Assembly: GCA_951406725.2 (NCBI GenBank)
Contig: OX597824.1
Coordinates: 90,272,001 to 90,336,000, forward strand
Reading direction: 5' to 3'
DNA: 64,000 nucleotides
Source of the DNA: Octopus vulgaris
Lineage: Eukaryota
The position numbers were made by a program, and so were the translations under genes. Shown here one piece after another: positions 37,679 through 52,237 of this stretch; positions within the stretch are counted from its first letter, which is position 1, and each line of letters begins with the position of its first letter. Below the pieces are notes generated by a model. The model had not been told where the DNA came from. It ran no database searches and saw only the letters and a program-made list of their open reading frames with translations.

Positions 37679-38236
37679 CAGTAGTTCCCAAACTGGGGTC
37701 CGCGGAGCCCCTGTGGCAGGGGTGCACAAAGGTAGAACTGGGGGTACGTGAACTAAATTCAAAATTTCATATTCTTTTACTTGTTTCAGTTATTTGACTG
37801 CGGCCATGCTGGAGTACCGCCTTTAGTCGAAGAAATCGACCTCAGGACTTATTCTTTGTAAACCTAGTATTTATTCTATCGGTCTCTTTTGCCGAACCGC
37901 CAAGTTACGGGGTCTTAAACACACCAACATCGGTTGTCAAGCGATGGAGACACACACATACACATATATATACGACGGGTTTCTTTCAGTTTCCGTCAAC
38001 CAAATCCACTCACAAAGCTTTGGTTGGCCCGAGGCTATAGCAGAAGACACGTGCCCAAGGTGTCGCGTCTTGGGACCGAACCCAGAACCATGTGGTTGGG
38101 AAGCAAGCTTCTTACCTCACAGCCACGCCTGCGCCTAAAATATATATATGAGGGAAAGCATATTAAAAGGGGTCCGTGGAAAAAAACTCATTTAAATAAA
38201 AGGGGTCCTTGGTAGGGAAAAGGTTGGGAACTGCTC
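37679..38236. mobile_element. hAT (Charlie-like) MITE with a nested SINE A
   Basis: TIR CAGTAGTTCCCAA / TTGGGAACTGCTC; perfect 8-bp TSD ATCTAGAG. Confidence 0.8.
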
Positions 38237-38549
38237 ATCTAGAGCAGAGTATAATTTTGATATCCACAAAAGCGGAGCAGGTGTGACTCAAAGGACATTT
38301 GGCTGCTATTTCTAACAATTTCAGCGACCATCTCGGAGCTCCTTCGTTCGCTCGGAGACGGCGACGGAGATGGCTGCGCTTGCATTTATATAATGTTGAT
38401 GTGTGCGTGCTGTAGTATGGGTGTTAGTGGCTGTGGTTGCGAGATGTCGATGTGATGAAAGCCAATGTGGTAGTCGTCGGTGCAAAAGTGATTCGCGCGG
38501 TAAAAGTTGTAATTATCATGTTGTTCTTTTTTGTATTTTTATTTTTATT

Positions 38550-38805
38550 GCGGTGGTAGTGGTGGTAGTGGCGGCGGTGGTGGTGGTGGCGGCGGTGGTG
38601 GTAGTGGTGGTGGTAGTGGCGGCGGTGGTATGGTGGCGGCGGTGGTGGTAGTGGCGGCGGTGGTGGTGGCGGCGGTGGTGGTGGCGGTGGTGGTAGTGGC
38701 GGCGGTGGTGGTGATGATGATGATGGTGGTGGTGCGGGTGGCGGCGGTGATGGTGGTGGTGGTGATGGTTGTGGTGGTGGCGGCGGTGGTGGTAGTGGTG
38801 GTGTT
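38550..38805. repeat. (GGT/GGC)n triplet microsatellite
   Basis: Direct inspection. Confidence 0.9.
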
Positions 38806-38989
38806 ATTATTTCTCAGCTCGTTCCCGCCATGCCGCTCCCCCCTCCTTCCAGCCCCTCCACCCCCACCCACCCCCCAACCAATTCCAGCCAAGTCTCATC
38901 GTTTGCATTTAACGCGTTATTGAATGTCGATTAAAAACTAATAACCGCATCGGACAGCAACAACGCAACCCACCTCCACCACCACCACC

Positions 38990-39021
<32 letters not shown>

Positions 39022-39855
39022 CAACAATAACAATAACAACGGAAGCAGCAACATCAACAATAACGAAAGTGTAATGGCAACTTTGCTGACATCATTACCG
39101 CAAACAACAGGAAAGCGTCACCGCCCCCACCACTACTACCCACCATCGCCCCCACCACCACCACCACTACCACCACCATTTACTTTAATAAACACGCACC
39201 AAATACGGCTTATCATCATCATCATCATCACTATCACCATCAACAGAAGCAAGTGGAGGCGCAATGGCCCAGTGGTTAGGGCAGCGGACGCGCGATCGGA
39301 GGATCGCGGTTTCGATACCCAGACCGGGCGTTGTGAGTGTTTATTGAGCGAAAACACCTAAAAAGCTCTACGAGGCCCCGGCAGAAGGGTGGTGGCGACC
39401 CCTGTTGTACTCTTTCGCTCCAACTTCCTTTCACTCTTTCTTCCTGTTTCTTGTCCCCCGACTTCCTACACAACCGCTGAGCCTGGATGCGCATTCATCC
39501 ATCCGTCGATGCTCTCGGTGTCGGGGGTTGACCTGCTTTCTCTTCTGCGGATCTTACGAATAGCAAAGTACCATGTTTCGGACTTCTCCCATCTTGCGAG
39601 CTCAGGGACGAAGACCGTTCGCTCAACAGCACCCAGAACAACAACAGGAAAAACACTGAAGAGGTCGTTATTGTTTTTTTTTAGCCCAAGGTCGTCCCTG
39701 ATGGGGAAGATATGATCGAAAGCATTCCTGCAAATGATCATCTTTACGACGTTTCCAGGTCCGGTCCCACTGTGTGGCACCTTGTCTTCTATTATAAGCC
39801 TTAGCCGACCGAAGCCTTGTGAGTGGATTTGGTAGACGGAAACTGAAAGCTCGTC

Positions 39856-39950
<95 letters not shown>

Positions 39951-40875
39951 TGACTGTGTTTGTCTCCTCGCTCAAGATCGCTTTTCCCTACCAAGGTCGA
40001 TTCAGTAAACACTGAATCGGCCATACATACATACATACATACATACACACACACATACATACACACACACACACATACATAGATACATACACACACACAT
40101 ACATACATACATACATACACACACACATACATACACACACACACATACATAGATACATACACACACACATACATACACACACACACACATACATAGATAC
40201 ATACACACACACACATACACACATACATAGATACACACACACACACACATACATGCAGACATACATATACACATACACCGAGTAAAAAATTTCAGTTATC
40301 TCTCTCTTTCACACATTACTCTCTCTCTGTCTCTTCGCACACACTAACAGAAGCACTTCACTTACTGTCTCCCACACCCCATCAAACACACACACACACA
40401 CACACACGGGGACTTCAAAGAGAAATTTCCTCGTCATAAAATCGCTTCCTCTTAGTCTCTTTCGCTCTCATTACTTATGTAAAAAAATAAAAGTTTTTTT
40501 TTACGGAAATCGACGGAGGAAATCGACGGAAACTTGTGCTACGACAAGCGAAACATCGCATCGCATCGCCGAAAATTTATATAACGGCAAACGAAATACG
40601 GCTCAGCATTTCGCCCGGCGTGCTAACGATTCTGCCAGCCCCTCGCCGCCGCCTCCTTGGCAATAAGAAAGCGACAAACAAGTTCTGACGTTGATTTGAC
40701 CGACTAAACTCTCCAAGACGGCGCACCAGGATAGCCGCAGGTCATTTGACCGATAGAATAATTTGAAAACAAAAAGGGTGAATGGGTATGTGTGACGTTG
40801 TTGACGTCACAGGAATTTTATAAACTTTTGTGAGAACGCGAATGGATTTCGAAGCGCACACAAATCTATGAATAC

Positions 40876-40924
40876 CAACAAAATCCTTTCAGCTTGTTTC
40901 TTTAAAGACTCGGGGGAAATGAAA
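40876..40924 (-). CDS. Putative exon of the unknown minus-strand gene (FISPESLKKQAERILL)
   Basis: tttcag acceptor and GTATTC donor, phase 2-0, in unique sequence. Confidence 0.3.
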
Positions 40925-41147
40925 CTGAAATATGATTCTCGTAGCCATTATTTACTGTTCTGTCACTCGGCTCAGTTTTGAGGCTTTGTGACCCAGATTT
41001 CTTTGCAGGAAGTTTAAAATGAATGTTACGCATATTTACAACCTCGAGACGTCGAGTAAATTAAAACAACAACAACAACAACAACAACAACACCACCACC
41101 ACCACCACCACCACTACTACTACATTGTCCGATATGCAATATGTTAT

Positions 41148-42065
41148 AAGGCGGCGAGCTGGCAGAATCGTTAGCACGCCGGACGAAATGCGTAGCCGTA
41201 TTTCGTCTGCCGTTACGTTCTGAGTTCGAATTCCGCCGAGGTCAACTTTGCCTTTCATCCTTTCGGGGTCGATAAATTAAGTACCAGTTACGCACTGGTG
41301 TCGATATAATCGACTTAATCCGTTTGTCTGTCCTTGTTTGTCCCCTCTGTGTTTAGCCCCTTGTGGGTAATAAAGAAATAGAAATAGGTATTTTGTCTGC
41401 CGTTACGTTCTGAGTTCAAATTCCGCCGAGGTCGACTTTGCCCTTCATCATTTTGAGGTCGATTAAATAAGTACCAGTTACGCACTGAGGTCGATATAAT
41501 TGACTTAATCCGTTGGTCTCTCCTTGTTTGTCCTCTCTGTGTTTAGCCCCTTGTGCGTAGGAAAGAAATAGAAATAGGTATTTCGTCTGTCTATACGTTC
41601 TGAGTTCAAATTTCGCCGAGGTCGACTTTACCTTTCATCATTTTGAGGTCGACCCCGGTTACGCATTGGGGTCGATATAATCGACTTAATCCGTTTGTCC
41701 TCTCTGTGTTTAGTGGGTAGTAAAGAGATAGGTATTTCGTATGTCTTTACGTTCTGAGTTCAAGTTCCGCCGAGGTTGACTTTGCCTTTCATCCTTTCGG
41801 GGTCGATAAATTAAGTACCAGTTACGCACTGGGGTCGATACAATCGCCTTAATCCGTTTGTCTGTCCTTGTTTGTCCCCTCTGTGTTTAGCCCCTTGTGG
41901 GTAGTAAAGAAATAGGTATTTCGTCTGATTTTACGTTCTGAGTTCAAATTTGCCTTTCATCCTTTCGGGGTCGATAAATTAAGTACCAGTTGCGTTCTGG
42001 TGCGATCTAATCGACTGGCCCCCTCTCTCCCTCAAAATTTCGGGCCTTCTACCTAGAGTGGAAAA
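41148..42065 (+). mobile_element. SINE family B tandem array (~5 units)
   Basis: Repeated GGTATTTCGTCTG...GTTCAAATTCCGCCGAGGTCGAC units. Confidence 0.88.
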
Positions 42066-43217
42066 TAATATGTTATTATTATTATACAGTACAACGGCCA
42101 GTCGTCGTGAGCAAGTATGGCTCGGAAACTTGTGCCGTGCTTTCAATAACTGCTTTAAGTGCCTGCGCAGTCACGAACAGACAAGCGCGGTTCCTTGGCT
42201 TCCACACTCTTCACTCTGCGGCACATTCAGGAGGTGACAGCTTGAGAGAGAGAGAGTGGGAGGAGTGTGTTAAACGAGCATCTGGCTGATTCCCGTTTAG
42301 TGGACAGGGGCAACGTGAACTGAAGGGCCTTGCTCAAAGGCACAATCTGCGTCCCAGTCCAGTAACTGAACTGACGATTTTATGACAACGAAGGCCCACG
42401 GTCAGGTGGTTAGGGGCCGAACTAGTGGAACACGAGCCTTCATTTCTTTAAGATTTGAAAGACAATTGATTGCACAGGGACTGCTCTGGTTGGCTCTGTA
42501 ATTACTGGTACCTGTTGAGGTATTACAACTCTTTTGCTTGATTCACTCATTGGACTGTGGCCATGCTGGAGCACCGCTTTGCCGGGTTATTTGAAAACAA
42601 AAATCGAGGCCCAGTACTTATTTTAAGGCTAGTATTTATTCTATGGGAACTCTTTAGCCAAAACTACGAAGTTATGGGGACGTAAATAAACCAACACTGG
42701 TTTTCAAGCAGTGGCGGGGGCGGGGTGGGGGCGGGTGGAAAAAGCCAACATACACACATAACGGGCTTCCACAAAGTTTCCGTCAACCAAATTCGCACTT
42801 AAAGTGTTGTGAGTCATTTTGAGTAAAGTGATTCATAAATTTTTGTTTTTGTTTTAGTGTAATAGAAAAAAAAAGGGTACTTTTTGGTTATCTCACCCCT
42901 ATTAAAAAATTGCCATTAAAAAACTGGGTTATCTCCCCTCTAAAAAATCGAGTTGATGTAGGGACAAGAGATTGGATTAAAAGGGTTAGATCCTTTTGAT
43001 TAAATACTTCGTTATTGACTTTTGGCCTCCTCAATAGTCCTGGTATGATTTGATAGGCGCAGGAGTGGCTGTGTGGTAAGTAGCTTGCTAACCAACCACA
43101 TGGTTCCGAGTTCAGTCCCACTGCGTGGCATCTTGGGCAAGTGTCTTCTGCTATAGCCCCGAGCCGACCAATGCCTTGTGAGTGGATTTGATAGACGGAA
43201 ACTGAAAGAAGCCTGTC

Positions 43218-43249
<32 letters not shown>

Positions 43250-44201
43250 TTTATTTAAAGCAGCAGAAAATTCAACAAAACCTTTTACTCTGAGTTTCCC
43301 GTTGCCGTTCATCGGACATATATGTATATATGTATGTGTGTGTGTGTTTGTGTGTCTGTGTTTGTCCCCCTAGCATTGCTTGACTACCGATGCTGGTGTG
43401 TTTATGTCCCCGTCACCTAGCGGTTCGGCAAAAGAGACCGATAGGATAAGTACTGGGCCTACAAAGAATAAGTCCCGGGGTCGATTTGCTCGACTAATGA
43501 TACACCATGATACACGGGATCTTTTTTTTTTTATTACTTAAACGAAATATAAATGAATCTAAAAATTTCATTTTCAAACTTTTTTCCATTTCACTGACGC
43601 AAAAAAATTATTTATGAATTCCTTTCTCTTCGGAAGTCCTCTCCCCAAGCCCTCGGAAACAAATTCTTCCCCACAAATTTCTTCATTAATGGTTCGTTGG
43701 TGCAATTTTTTGTTCGGATCTTCGTTTAATACACATTTTTTTTTACACCTAATTCACTTTTTATTTGTTTGTTTTGGTGGTCGGGTGTTAAAGTAAACAT
43801 TAACCAAAATTAGTTCTAAATTCTATGCAGCACTCCTCAATCATCTCCCCAAATACCAGGAATTTCGATAAGAGCCACATTCCTAAGAAAATGACATGCG
43901 CATTTAAATTTACTTTTACTTTCGCTTTCAGTTTTTGTATAAATAATGCGAGTTAGTTTCAGGTGTTAACAGTAGAACAGACAAGTACCTTCTAGATTAG
44001 ACTTCGACGACACCCGTAAGTTTATTTTTTATTCACGTTTTGAGTTAATACCTGTTCGTAAATAGTGAAATAGTCGAAAATGTCATCGGGATGTCGGGTT
44101 ACCGGTAAAATACTTCGGCGTAAAGTCGTTGAAGTTTACATCACTGACACAATAGTTTGGATTCATCCAAAACGTCTGCAACTAGTCGTCTGCCTGCTGA
44201 G

Positions 44202-44240
<39 letters not shown>

Positions 44241-44333
44241 TCGTATTTGACTTATCGACGTGACATGTTGTCGTTCTTTCGGTATTGATCTCTTAGAGGC
44301 TGTCAGTATGAGGAGGCGACATCAGTCACTCAC

Positions 44334-44421
44334 CTTTTCAAGCCTAGTCTCTTTACCTGACTCGAGAGAGAATGTTGTGTGAGTGAATCACGCCGTGTAC
44401 CAATATCGAAGAATTGGTCAT
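44334..44421 (-). CDS. Putative exon of the unknown minus-strand gene (DQFFDIGTRRDSLTQHSLSSQVKRLGLK)
   Basis: AAG|GTGAGT donor, weak (CA)n-cag acceptor, phase 1-2. Confidence 0.33.
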
Positions 44422-44544
44422 CTGTGTGTGCGTGTGTGTGTGTGTGTGTGTGATAATGATGATGATGATAATGACTGCAAACTCAGGCTATGACCAGCCA
44501 TTTTTGCTATAGGTCCTACTTTGTTTTTTTTTACAAGCGATGTC

Positions 44545-44578
44545 TGTGCATGTATCTATATATATGTATGCATGTATG

Positions 44579-44610
<32 letters not shown>

Positions 44611-45155
44611 TGTATGTATGTATGTATGTATGTGTGTGTATATATATACATACATATATATATATATATACATATCTATATACATACATATATACCTACA
44701 TAAATATATATATATATATACATACATTCATATATATACATACACATATATATATATACATACATATATATACATACACATATATATATATATACATACA
44801 TACACACACACATACATACATATATACATACATACACACACACATACATACATATATACATACATACATACGTGCGTGCATACATGCATGCATGCATACA
44901 TACATACATACATGCATGCATGCATGCATACATATATACATGCATACATACATGCATGCATACATGCATGCATACATACATGCATACATACATGCATACA
45001 TACATGCATGCATGCATACATACATACATACATACATACATACATACATACATGCATACATACATACATACATACATACATACATACATACATACATACA
45101 TACATACATACATGCATACATACATACATACATACATACATACATACATACATAC
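44545..45155. repeat. Compound (TATG)n/(TA)n/(CATA)n/(CATG)n microsatellite
   Basis: Direct inspection. Confidence 0.95.
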
Positions 45156-46684
45156 GTGGGCTTTTAGTACTGACTGTTGGAGGAAGAAAGAGTTTTCGAT
45201 ACCAGAATAGAGATGAATATTTTTATTTTATTCGAGTCAATCTCCTACTACTTTTGAGTTTCGCCACTGCAAAGACCCCGCGGTGCACCCACGGGCGAAA
45301 CCTGGAATAGCGAAAGACGAACTCGACCAATTTATGTATGTATGTATGTATGTATGTATGTATGTATGTATGTATGTATGTATGTATGGATGGATGGTAT
45401 GGATGGATGGATGGATGTGCCATCGATTTAGGTTCGCTATTGAAAAACTACATTTTAATTTTATTTAAGATACTATTGTGTCTGGGGAGAGTCATTTTCT
45501 TTTTGTGCCTTATAATGTAACACACGAACTCATATAAAGAACCTTGCGAACCAAATCCAAAAACGAAATTAAGATACTATAATATCCAGAAAACCTTTTT
45601 GATGGTATCCCTTTAAACAAAAGACGGTATTTACCATTAACAAAATCATTCTTGGCGTAAAATAAAACCCAACCTAATCCATAAAAGTTACTTTCTTACG
45701 CGGTCGAACTTCACATTAAATACAGGCGCCGCGCACTTGAATATGAATAAGTTTTCTTGTGAAAGTTTTATGTAAAAATAGATTTATTATAACCTAAAGG
45801 AGATCAAGCGTGTTATTTAATTCTGTCGTTGTTGTTGTGCGTGTATATATACATATATATATATACACAACAACCTCGAACACACAAGTGCAAACAAGAG
45901 AGACAGAGAAAGGCAGAAACAAGGAAAATGCCACTTATATTTGAACACTATACAAATATTCCTTTAAAAAAACTTTTCTTTTAATTTTTCTAAATTTAAT
46001 TATTTAATCGTTACAGTTGAAAAGGTCTCAAAATGACCGAAACCGGTATTGAAATGTTCTTTATAAAATTATTTTAGCATTTTCTATCTTTAATTGTTTT
46101 TTCATATACATATATATTTATACATATATATTGAATCTGTATAAATAGACAGAGTGACACAAACAAATACAACTAAATAGGTAACGCAGTATGACGCCGT
46201 ATTTTTACTTTCGTTTTCGAATACAGATATGACCTTGAAATATTGTAATATGAAAATCCGGTTTCTCGTTACTGTATACCATATAAAAAATCTGCGCTGG
46301 GCTCTAACAGGGACTCAACAACAATAGCAACAGCAACAACTGCTGAATTTAAGGGAGTGCTCAATTTCCTTTACAGAAAACTTTCAGGAGCAAACTTAAT
46401 AAACATCGACGGCCTCGCAACTAATCAATTAATCAACGAACATCTATTGAAGAAGATCGATCAGAGAAGATAGCTTTTTATGGATTATGTCCGATTTTTA
46501 GGTTTACGCCTACCAAAGAATGATTTTGTGAACGTAAATACTGTCTCTTGTTTAAAGGGATTAAAGATTAAAGAAGGGTTTCTGAGTTTTAGAATAAAAC
46601 CAAAGTGAAACTTTTCGATAGTGAAACTAAATCGATAGTGAAACTAAATCGATGTCGCAGTGCTGAAACACACACACACACACG

Positions 46685-46729
<45 letters not shown>

Positions 46730-46782
46730 CAATTCTTCTTTGAATAGTTGGTTGGGAAATCCCAGAGTGCGTGCATACGAAC

Positions 46783-46846
<64 letters not shown>

Positions 46847-46848
<2 letters not shown>

Positions 46849-46978
46849 AAATTTAAAGGACTGACCACTAAAAGTGGACGGTCAACATGCTAGATATAGA
46901 CGTCAAATCGCTATTTTCCACATGCTATAATCTAGCATGTTGACCGTCCACTTTTAGTGGTCAGTCCTTTAAATTTTG
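46847..46978. repeat. Perfect 49-bp inverted repeat with a 34-nt spacer
   Basis: 46847-46895 is the exact reverse complement of 46930-46978. Confidence 0.95.
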
Positions 46979-48538
46979 TATGTTAAAAATATTTTAATCT
47001 TCGGATTTTTTTAATATGCTGGGACACTGGTTTTAATTGATTAATATCAATTTCTACCCTTATTCAATTTTATATATATATATATACACATAATATATAT
47101 ATATATATATACATACAGAAAGCGGGAAAGAAAGAGATAAGAGAAATGACCTAGTTTATTATTATTATTATTATTATTATTATCATTAAACAGCGTCTGT
47201 TGACCTGGTTAAGAATATGGATTAAATTCTGTTTATTCAAGCAGAACTTTACTGCCATGGAACACGGATGTCAAGTGAAGTAGCATTAATTAGAGGGTGT
47301 ATGTGTGTGTGTGTGTGTGTGGGGGGTTGTATAAATGTGTGTGTGTGTGCGAGTGCGTAAAAAAAGAGAGACGGAGACAGGCAGAGGAAAAAAAAGGAAA
47401 ATGTCCCTTGCGTTTGAAAACTATGGAAATATAGTATTTCAAAAAACAGCCAAGTTACGGGGACGTAAACACACCAGCATCGGTTGTCAAGCGATGTTGT
47501 GGGGCGGGGACAAAAAAAACACACACACACATATATATACGACGGACTTCTTTCAGTTTCCGCCTACCAAATCCACTCACAAGGCTTTGGTCGGCCCGAG
47601 GTTGTAGTAGAAGATATTTGCCCAAGATGCCACGCAATGAGACTGAACCCGGAACCATGTGGTTGGGAAGCAAGCTACTTACTACACGGCAGCTCCTGCG
47701 CCTATATATATATAATCTTATATATATATAATATATATATAATTTTAAAGGCGGCGAGCTGGTAGAAACGTTAGCACGCCGGGCGAAATTCGTAGCCGTA
47801 TTTCATTTGTCGTTACGTTCCGAGTTCAAATTCCGCCGAGGTCGACTTTGCCTTTCATCCTTTCGGGGTCGATAAATTAAGTACCAGTTACGCACTGGGG
47901 TCGATGTAATCGACTTAATCCGTTTGTCTGTCCTTGTTTGTCCCCTCTGTGTTTAGCCCCTTGTGGGTAGTAAAGAAATATATATATATATAATCTTTTA
48001 CTTGTTTCAGTCATTTGACTGCGGCCATGCTGGAGCACGGCGTTTAGTCGAGCAAATCAACTCCAGGACTTATTCTTTGTAAGCCTAGTACTTATTCTAT
48101 CAGTCTCTTTTGCCAAACCGCTAAGTTACGGGGACGTAAACACACCAGCATCGGTTGTCAAGCGATGTTGATGGGGAGGGGGCAAACACACACAAACATA
48201 TATGCACGCATACATATATATATACGATGGGCTTCTTTCAGTTTCCGTCTACCAAATCCACCCACAAGGCTTTGGTCGACCCGAGGCTATAGTAGAAGAC
48301 ACTTGCCCAAGGTGCCACGCAGTGGGATATATATATAAGACCTTGTGCCACCAACTAGTACTATTTGCAGTAAGATTTATAAAGTAGTTTTTAGTGCATT
48401 AAACCAGGGCCCCCAACTACCAGGCCACGAAACATTCCGTGTCGGATTCCAAAGAGAAAATAAGGGTTTTAAATATTTTATTGACTATCGCAGTCTGCGA
48501 TGTGTTTTTGTATTATATATTAAAGTTGTCTCCTAATG

Positions 48539-48818
48539 CAGTGGTTCCCAAACTTTTTCGGGCTACCGTCCCCTTGAGACCCAGGGCCACATTCCTAGCG
48601 CCCTTCCTCCGACTGACCATCACAAACATAGACCTCTTTCTGAAGCAAATTCAAAGCAATTGTGTTTCACAAATAAAACTTAATGAACCCATAATTTTGT
48701 TGTTTTTACATGAATCGCTACCCCCATTATCGCCCCACTTTTTAGATGAATCGCACCACTTTTCTTCAACTTTCCACCGCCCCGAAGGGGTCAATACCAC
48801 TCACTTTGGGAACCACTG
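48539..48818. mobile_element. hAT-like MITE
   Basis: TIR CAGTGGTTCCCAAA / TTTGGGAACCACTG; no clean TSD. Confidence 0.65.
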
Positions 48819-48918
48819 TGTAATCCCTAGAGGTTGTAAACCCAGATATTGCAATAGAACAAGGCTGCTCTGTAACAATTGTTAGTCTTGAGCACACGCA
48901 CGCACACGCACGCACACG

Positions 48919-48963
<45 letters not shown>

Positions 48964-49748
48964 ACACACACACACAAACTGCCGACGCCTTGGGTTTTCG
49001 CCTTGCATTCAACCCGAATTTTGGCAGGGCCGGCTCTAGGATTACTGGCGCCTGGACAAGCTGACGGTCGTGGAAATTTCTTTGTCTTTGTCACTCCCTC
49101 CTTGGTGCCCCACCCCCCGCTGGCCCTGATCTTGGCTGAGTGGTTAAAAAGCGCGTTTTGTAACCAAATGGTTTTGGGTTCGGTGCCACTGCACGACATC
49201 CTGGACAATGTCTTGTGAGGGAGTTTGGTAGACGGAAACTGTGGAATTTCATTGTATATGCGTATGTATCTTTGTATTTATCATCCCTCACCGCTTGACA
49301 ATCAGAGATGGTTTGTTTACGTCCCCATAAGTTAGTGGTTCAGCGAAAAAGACCGATAGAACAAATATCAGGCTTTTAAAAATAAGTAGTAGGATCGATT
49401 TGTTCCACTAAGCCCTTCATGGCGGCGCTCCAGCACGGGCGCAATCCAATGACTGAAACAAGTAAAAAATTATATAAATAGTTTCGTTAACCCTAATGGC
49501 AGAGTGTCGTATGTATTTTGAATCATATTCGGAAAAATTGTCGATCTCTACAAACAGGAAACCTTGGGTACCGGAAGAGTAAGAAATGAATTAGCCACCT
49601 TTCAATTGTCGAGTACTCTTCGTTACAAATGCTTGCGCGTGCCTGTTTTTAGCTTAATCTATAGACAAACAATGGTTCTCATCAGTTTCAAGGGCCTCTC
49701 AAAATGGTAAACAGTAAAAGGAGGCTATGTTTATTCCGGAAAGCTGAC

Positions 49749-49770
49749 CTGAATACTTGCAACAGATCTG
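49749..49770 (-). CDS. Putative microexon ((Q)ICCKYS), 19 or 22 nt
   Basis: Pyrimidine tract plus TAGCAG acceptor; CAG|GTCAGC donor; phase 0-1. Confidence 0.25.
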
Positions 49771-49911
49771 CTAGAGACACTCAAAGGAAGAAGATAAAGA
49801 GGCGGAGGCGGAGGATGCGCTATTGAATTCAAACATCCTGAATGCTATTCATTTGAAATATTAGCATCAATTTGATGGTCTGACTGCAACAAGTGTTATC
49901 GGATGACACAC

Positions 49912-49990
49912 AGATGCTACAATATTGAAGACGACCCAGGGCGGTGCAGCCTCTTCGTAATTGACCCTTTTTGCACCATTCTTAGGAATC
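49912..49990 (-). CDS. Putative exon of the unknown minus-strand gene (IPKNGAKRVNYEEAAPPWVVFNIVAS)
   Basis: ttttcag acceptor and GTGTGT donor, phase 2-0. Confidence 0.33.
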
Positions 49991-50399
49991 CTGAAAATCA
50001 TCGTAAGAGCTCTCCTTCTTCCTCTGATTAAGTCATTATAAAACCATTGGGTTGATTTAATAAACCTATAAAGCATCTCACATAGGAAATACATTATTTT
50101 CAACTGGTACTTAATTTATCGATCCCGAAAGGATAAAAGGCAAAGTCGACCTCGGCAGAATTTGAACTCAGAATATAAAGACGCAGATAGGAAATATATT
50201 CTTTTCAACTCTCGACACAAGGCCCGAAATTTTGGGGGAGGGGGTCCAGTCGATTAGATCGACCCTAGCACACAACTGGTACTTAATTTATCAACCCCGA
50301 AAGGATAAAAGCAAAGTCGACCTCGGCGGAATTTGAACTCAGAATGTAAAGATGCAGATAGGAAATATATGCTAAGACACAAACCCTGAAATCTCACAC

Positions 50400-51265
50400 A
50401 GAGTGAGAATAAGACAGAAGGCTTTTGCCATGGTTAAAGCTGTGCTCGAGGTGCAGCTGGACAAGACCCTGTCTGTCAATCTCTTCAATAACGCCATCCT
50501 ACCTGTGCTCACTAGTGTAGCTGGAGTGAGGGGGCACTTTTAAAGGGGTGGCACTTTTGGGTCTGCTGTAAGCAATATGTATTTTTTGTGGGATGCAGGG
50601 GTGACAAAAGGAAGGGCCGCCCTTGGCGGTATATGCTCTAGCTACACTGGCGCCTATGTTAATATATCCAAGTAAAAAGAGGATTTCTGTGAAGAATATA
50701 GACTAGGGACTAACTATGACAAAGGTGGCCATGGAAAGATCCATGTTAGGGGTATCACTGTGGGGATATACCTGGAACGAGGCAATTTGAGAATAAGGTG
50801 GAGTAAATGGTGCAATTATGGAATTCTGAAAACACAAATTCCACTGGGCCAAACTTATTGCAAGGTTCACAGATAGTGGGTGGACCCATGTACTTCAGGG
50901 TACTTCAGTTCAGTGGTAGTTTGACCTGTCCAGCAAAATAGCTAAATATCCCTCGAATCAACTGGTATCCAAAGAAAGGCAGTGAGCTAGCAGAATCATT
51001 ACCATGCCAGGAAAATGGTTAGTGGCTATTTCTTCCAACTTAACAATCTGAGTTCAAATTCTGCCAAGGTTGACTTATCCGTTTGGTGGTGGTGGTGGGG
51101 GGTTCGATAAAATAAGTTCCAGTTGGACTCTGGGGTCAATGTAATCGACTTACAGATGCCATTGAAATTGCTGGCCTTGTACCAAAATTTGAAACCAATT
51201 GATATCCTGTAGATTGGAAGAGACTACTTGGAAAACCTCGAAGACAACAAGAAGATGACTTAGGT
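50400..51265 (+). mobile_element. Old degenerate RTE LINE fragment interrupted by a MITE (50510-50652) and a SINE
   Basis: AFAMVKAVL...LFNNAILPVL; AMERSMLGVSL...KFHWAKLIARFTDSGWT; YPVDWKRLLGKPRR; several stops. Confidence 0.72.
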
Positions 51266-52237
51266 AAACACTTTGGGTCCAATGTGATGAGCCATACATG
51301 TAGGGACATCTTAGGTATATGAGTAGAATTCTAAAAGAAGACACAGCTCAGTAAATATAGACATAAATATTCTGTTGACTTCTAGGTGCAGGAGTGGCTG
51401 TGTGGTTAGAAGCTTGCTTCCCAACCACATGGTTCCGGGTTCAGTACCCTCTGAGTGGCACCTTGGATAAGTGTCTTCTACTACAGCCTTGGGCCAATCA
51501 AAGCCTTGTGAGTGGATTTGGTTGACAGAAACTGAAAGAAGCCCATCATATATGTGTGTGTGTGTGTATATATATATATGCAGCAAGCTGGCAGAAACGT
51601 TAGCATGCCTGGCGAAATGCTTTGTGGCATTTCGTCTGCTGCTACGTTCTGAGTTCAAATTCCGCCGAGGTCGACTTTGCATTTCATCCTTTCGGGGTCG
51701 ATAAATAAAGAACCAGTTTCGCACTAGGGTTGATGTAATCGGCTTAATCCGTTTGTCTGTCCTTGTTTGTCCCCTCTATGTTCAGCCCCTTGTGGGCAGT
51801 AAAGAAATATGTATATATATATAGATGTGTGTGTTTGTGTGTGTTTGTGCCTCCACCATCACTTGACATCGATGTAGGTGTGTTTATGTTCACGTACCTT
51901 GGCAGTTCGGCAAAAGAGACTGATAGATTAAGTACTAGGCATACAGGGATTAAGTCCTGGGGCTGATTTCTTTGGCTAAAGGCAGTGGGTGCTCCAGCAT
52001 GACCGCAGTCAAATGACTGAAACAAGTAAAAGAGTAAAGTAATGAAAGAATACCAGTGATGTACTGGGCCTTTAAAATACTGAATGTGTTATCTCGAACA
52101 GAAAAAAATTGAAAAAAAATAAATAATTGCTGTTTGTAAAAGCTGCTAGGACTAGCATATGAAGGGTACTTTCAGTTCAGTGGCAGTTTGACCTGTCCAG
52201 CAAAATAACTAAATCACCCTCGAATCACAGATCCTAC

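Noticed and set aside
38531-38923. Gly/Val/Ala-rich ORF
   Set aside because: (GGT/GGC)n microsatellite
45200-45302. Additional minus-strand exon candidate
   Set aside because: Good acceptor but no phase-compatible donor; the GC-rich part resembles a Helitron-type terminus
44488-45310. Long YI/HT/CV-rich ORFs (also at ~27, 40, 55.6-56.1 and 61 kb)
   Set aside because: Microsatellite translations
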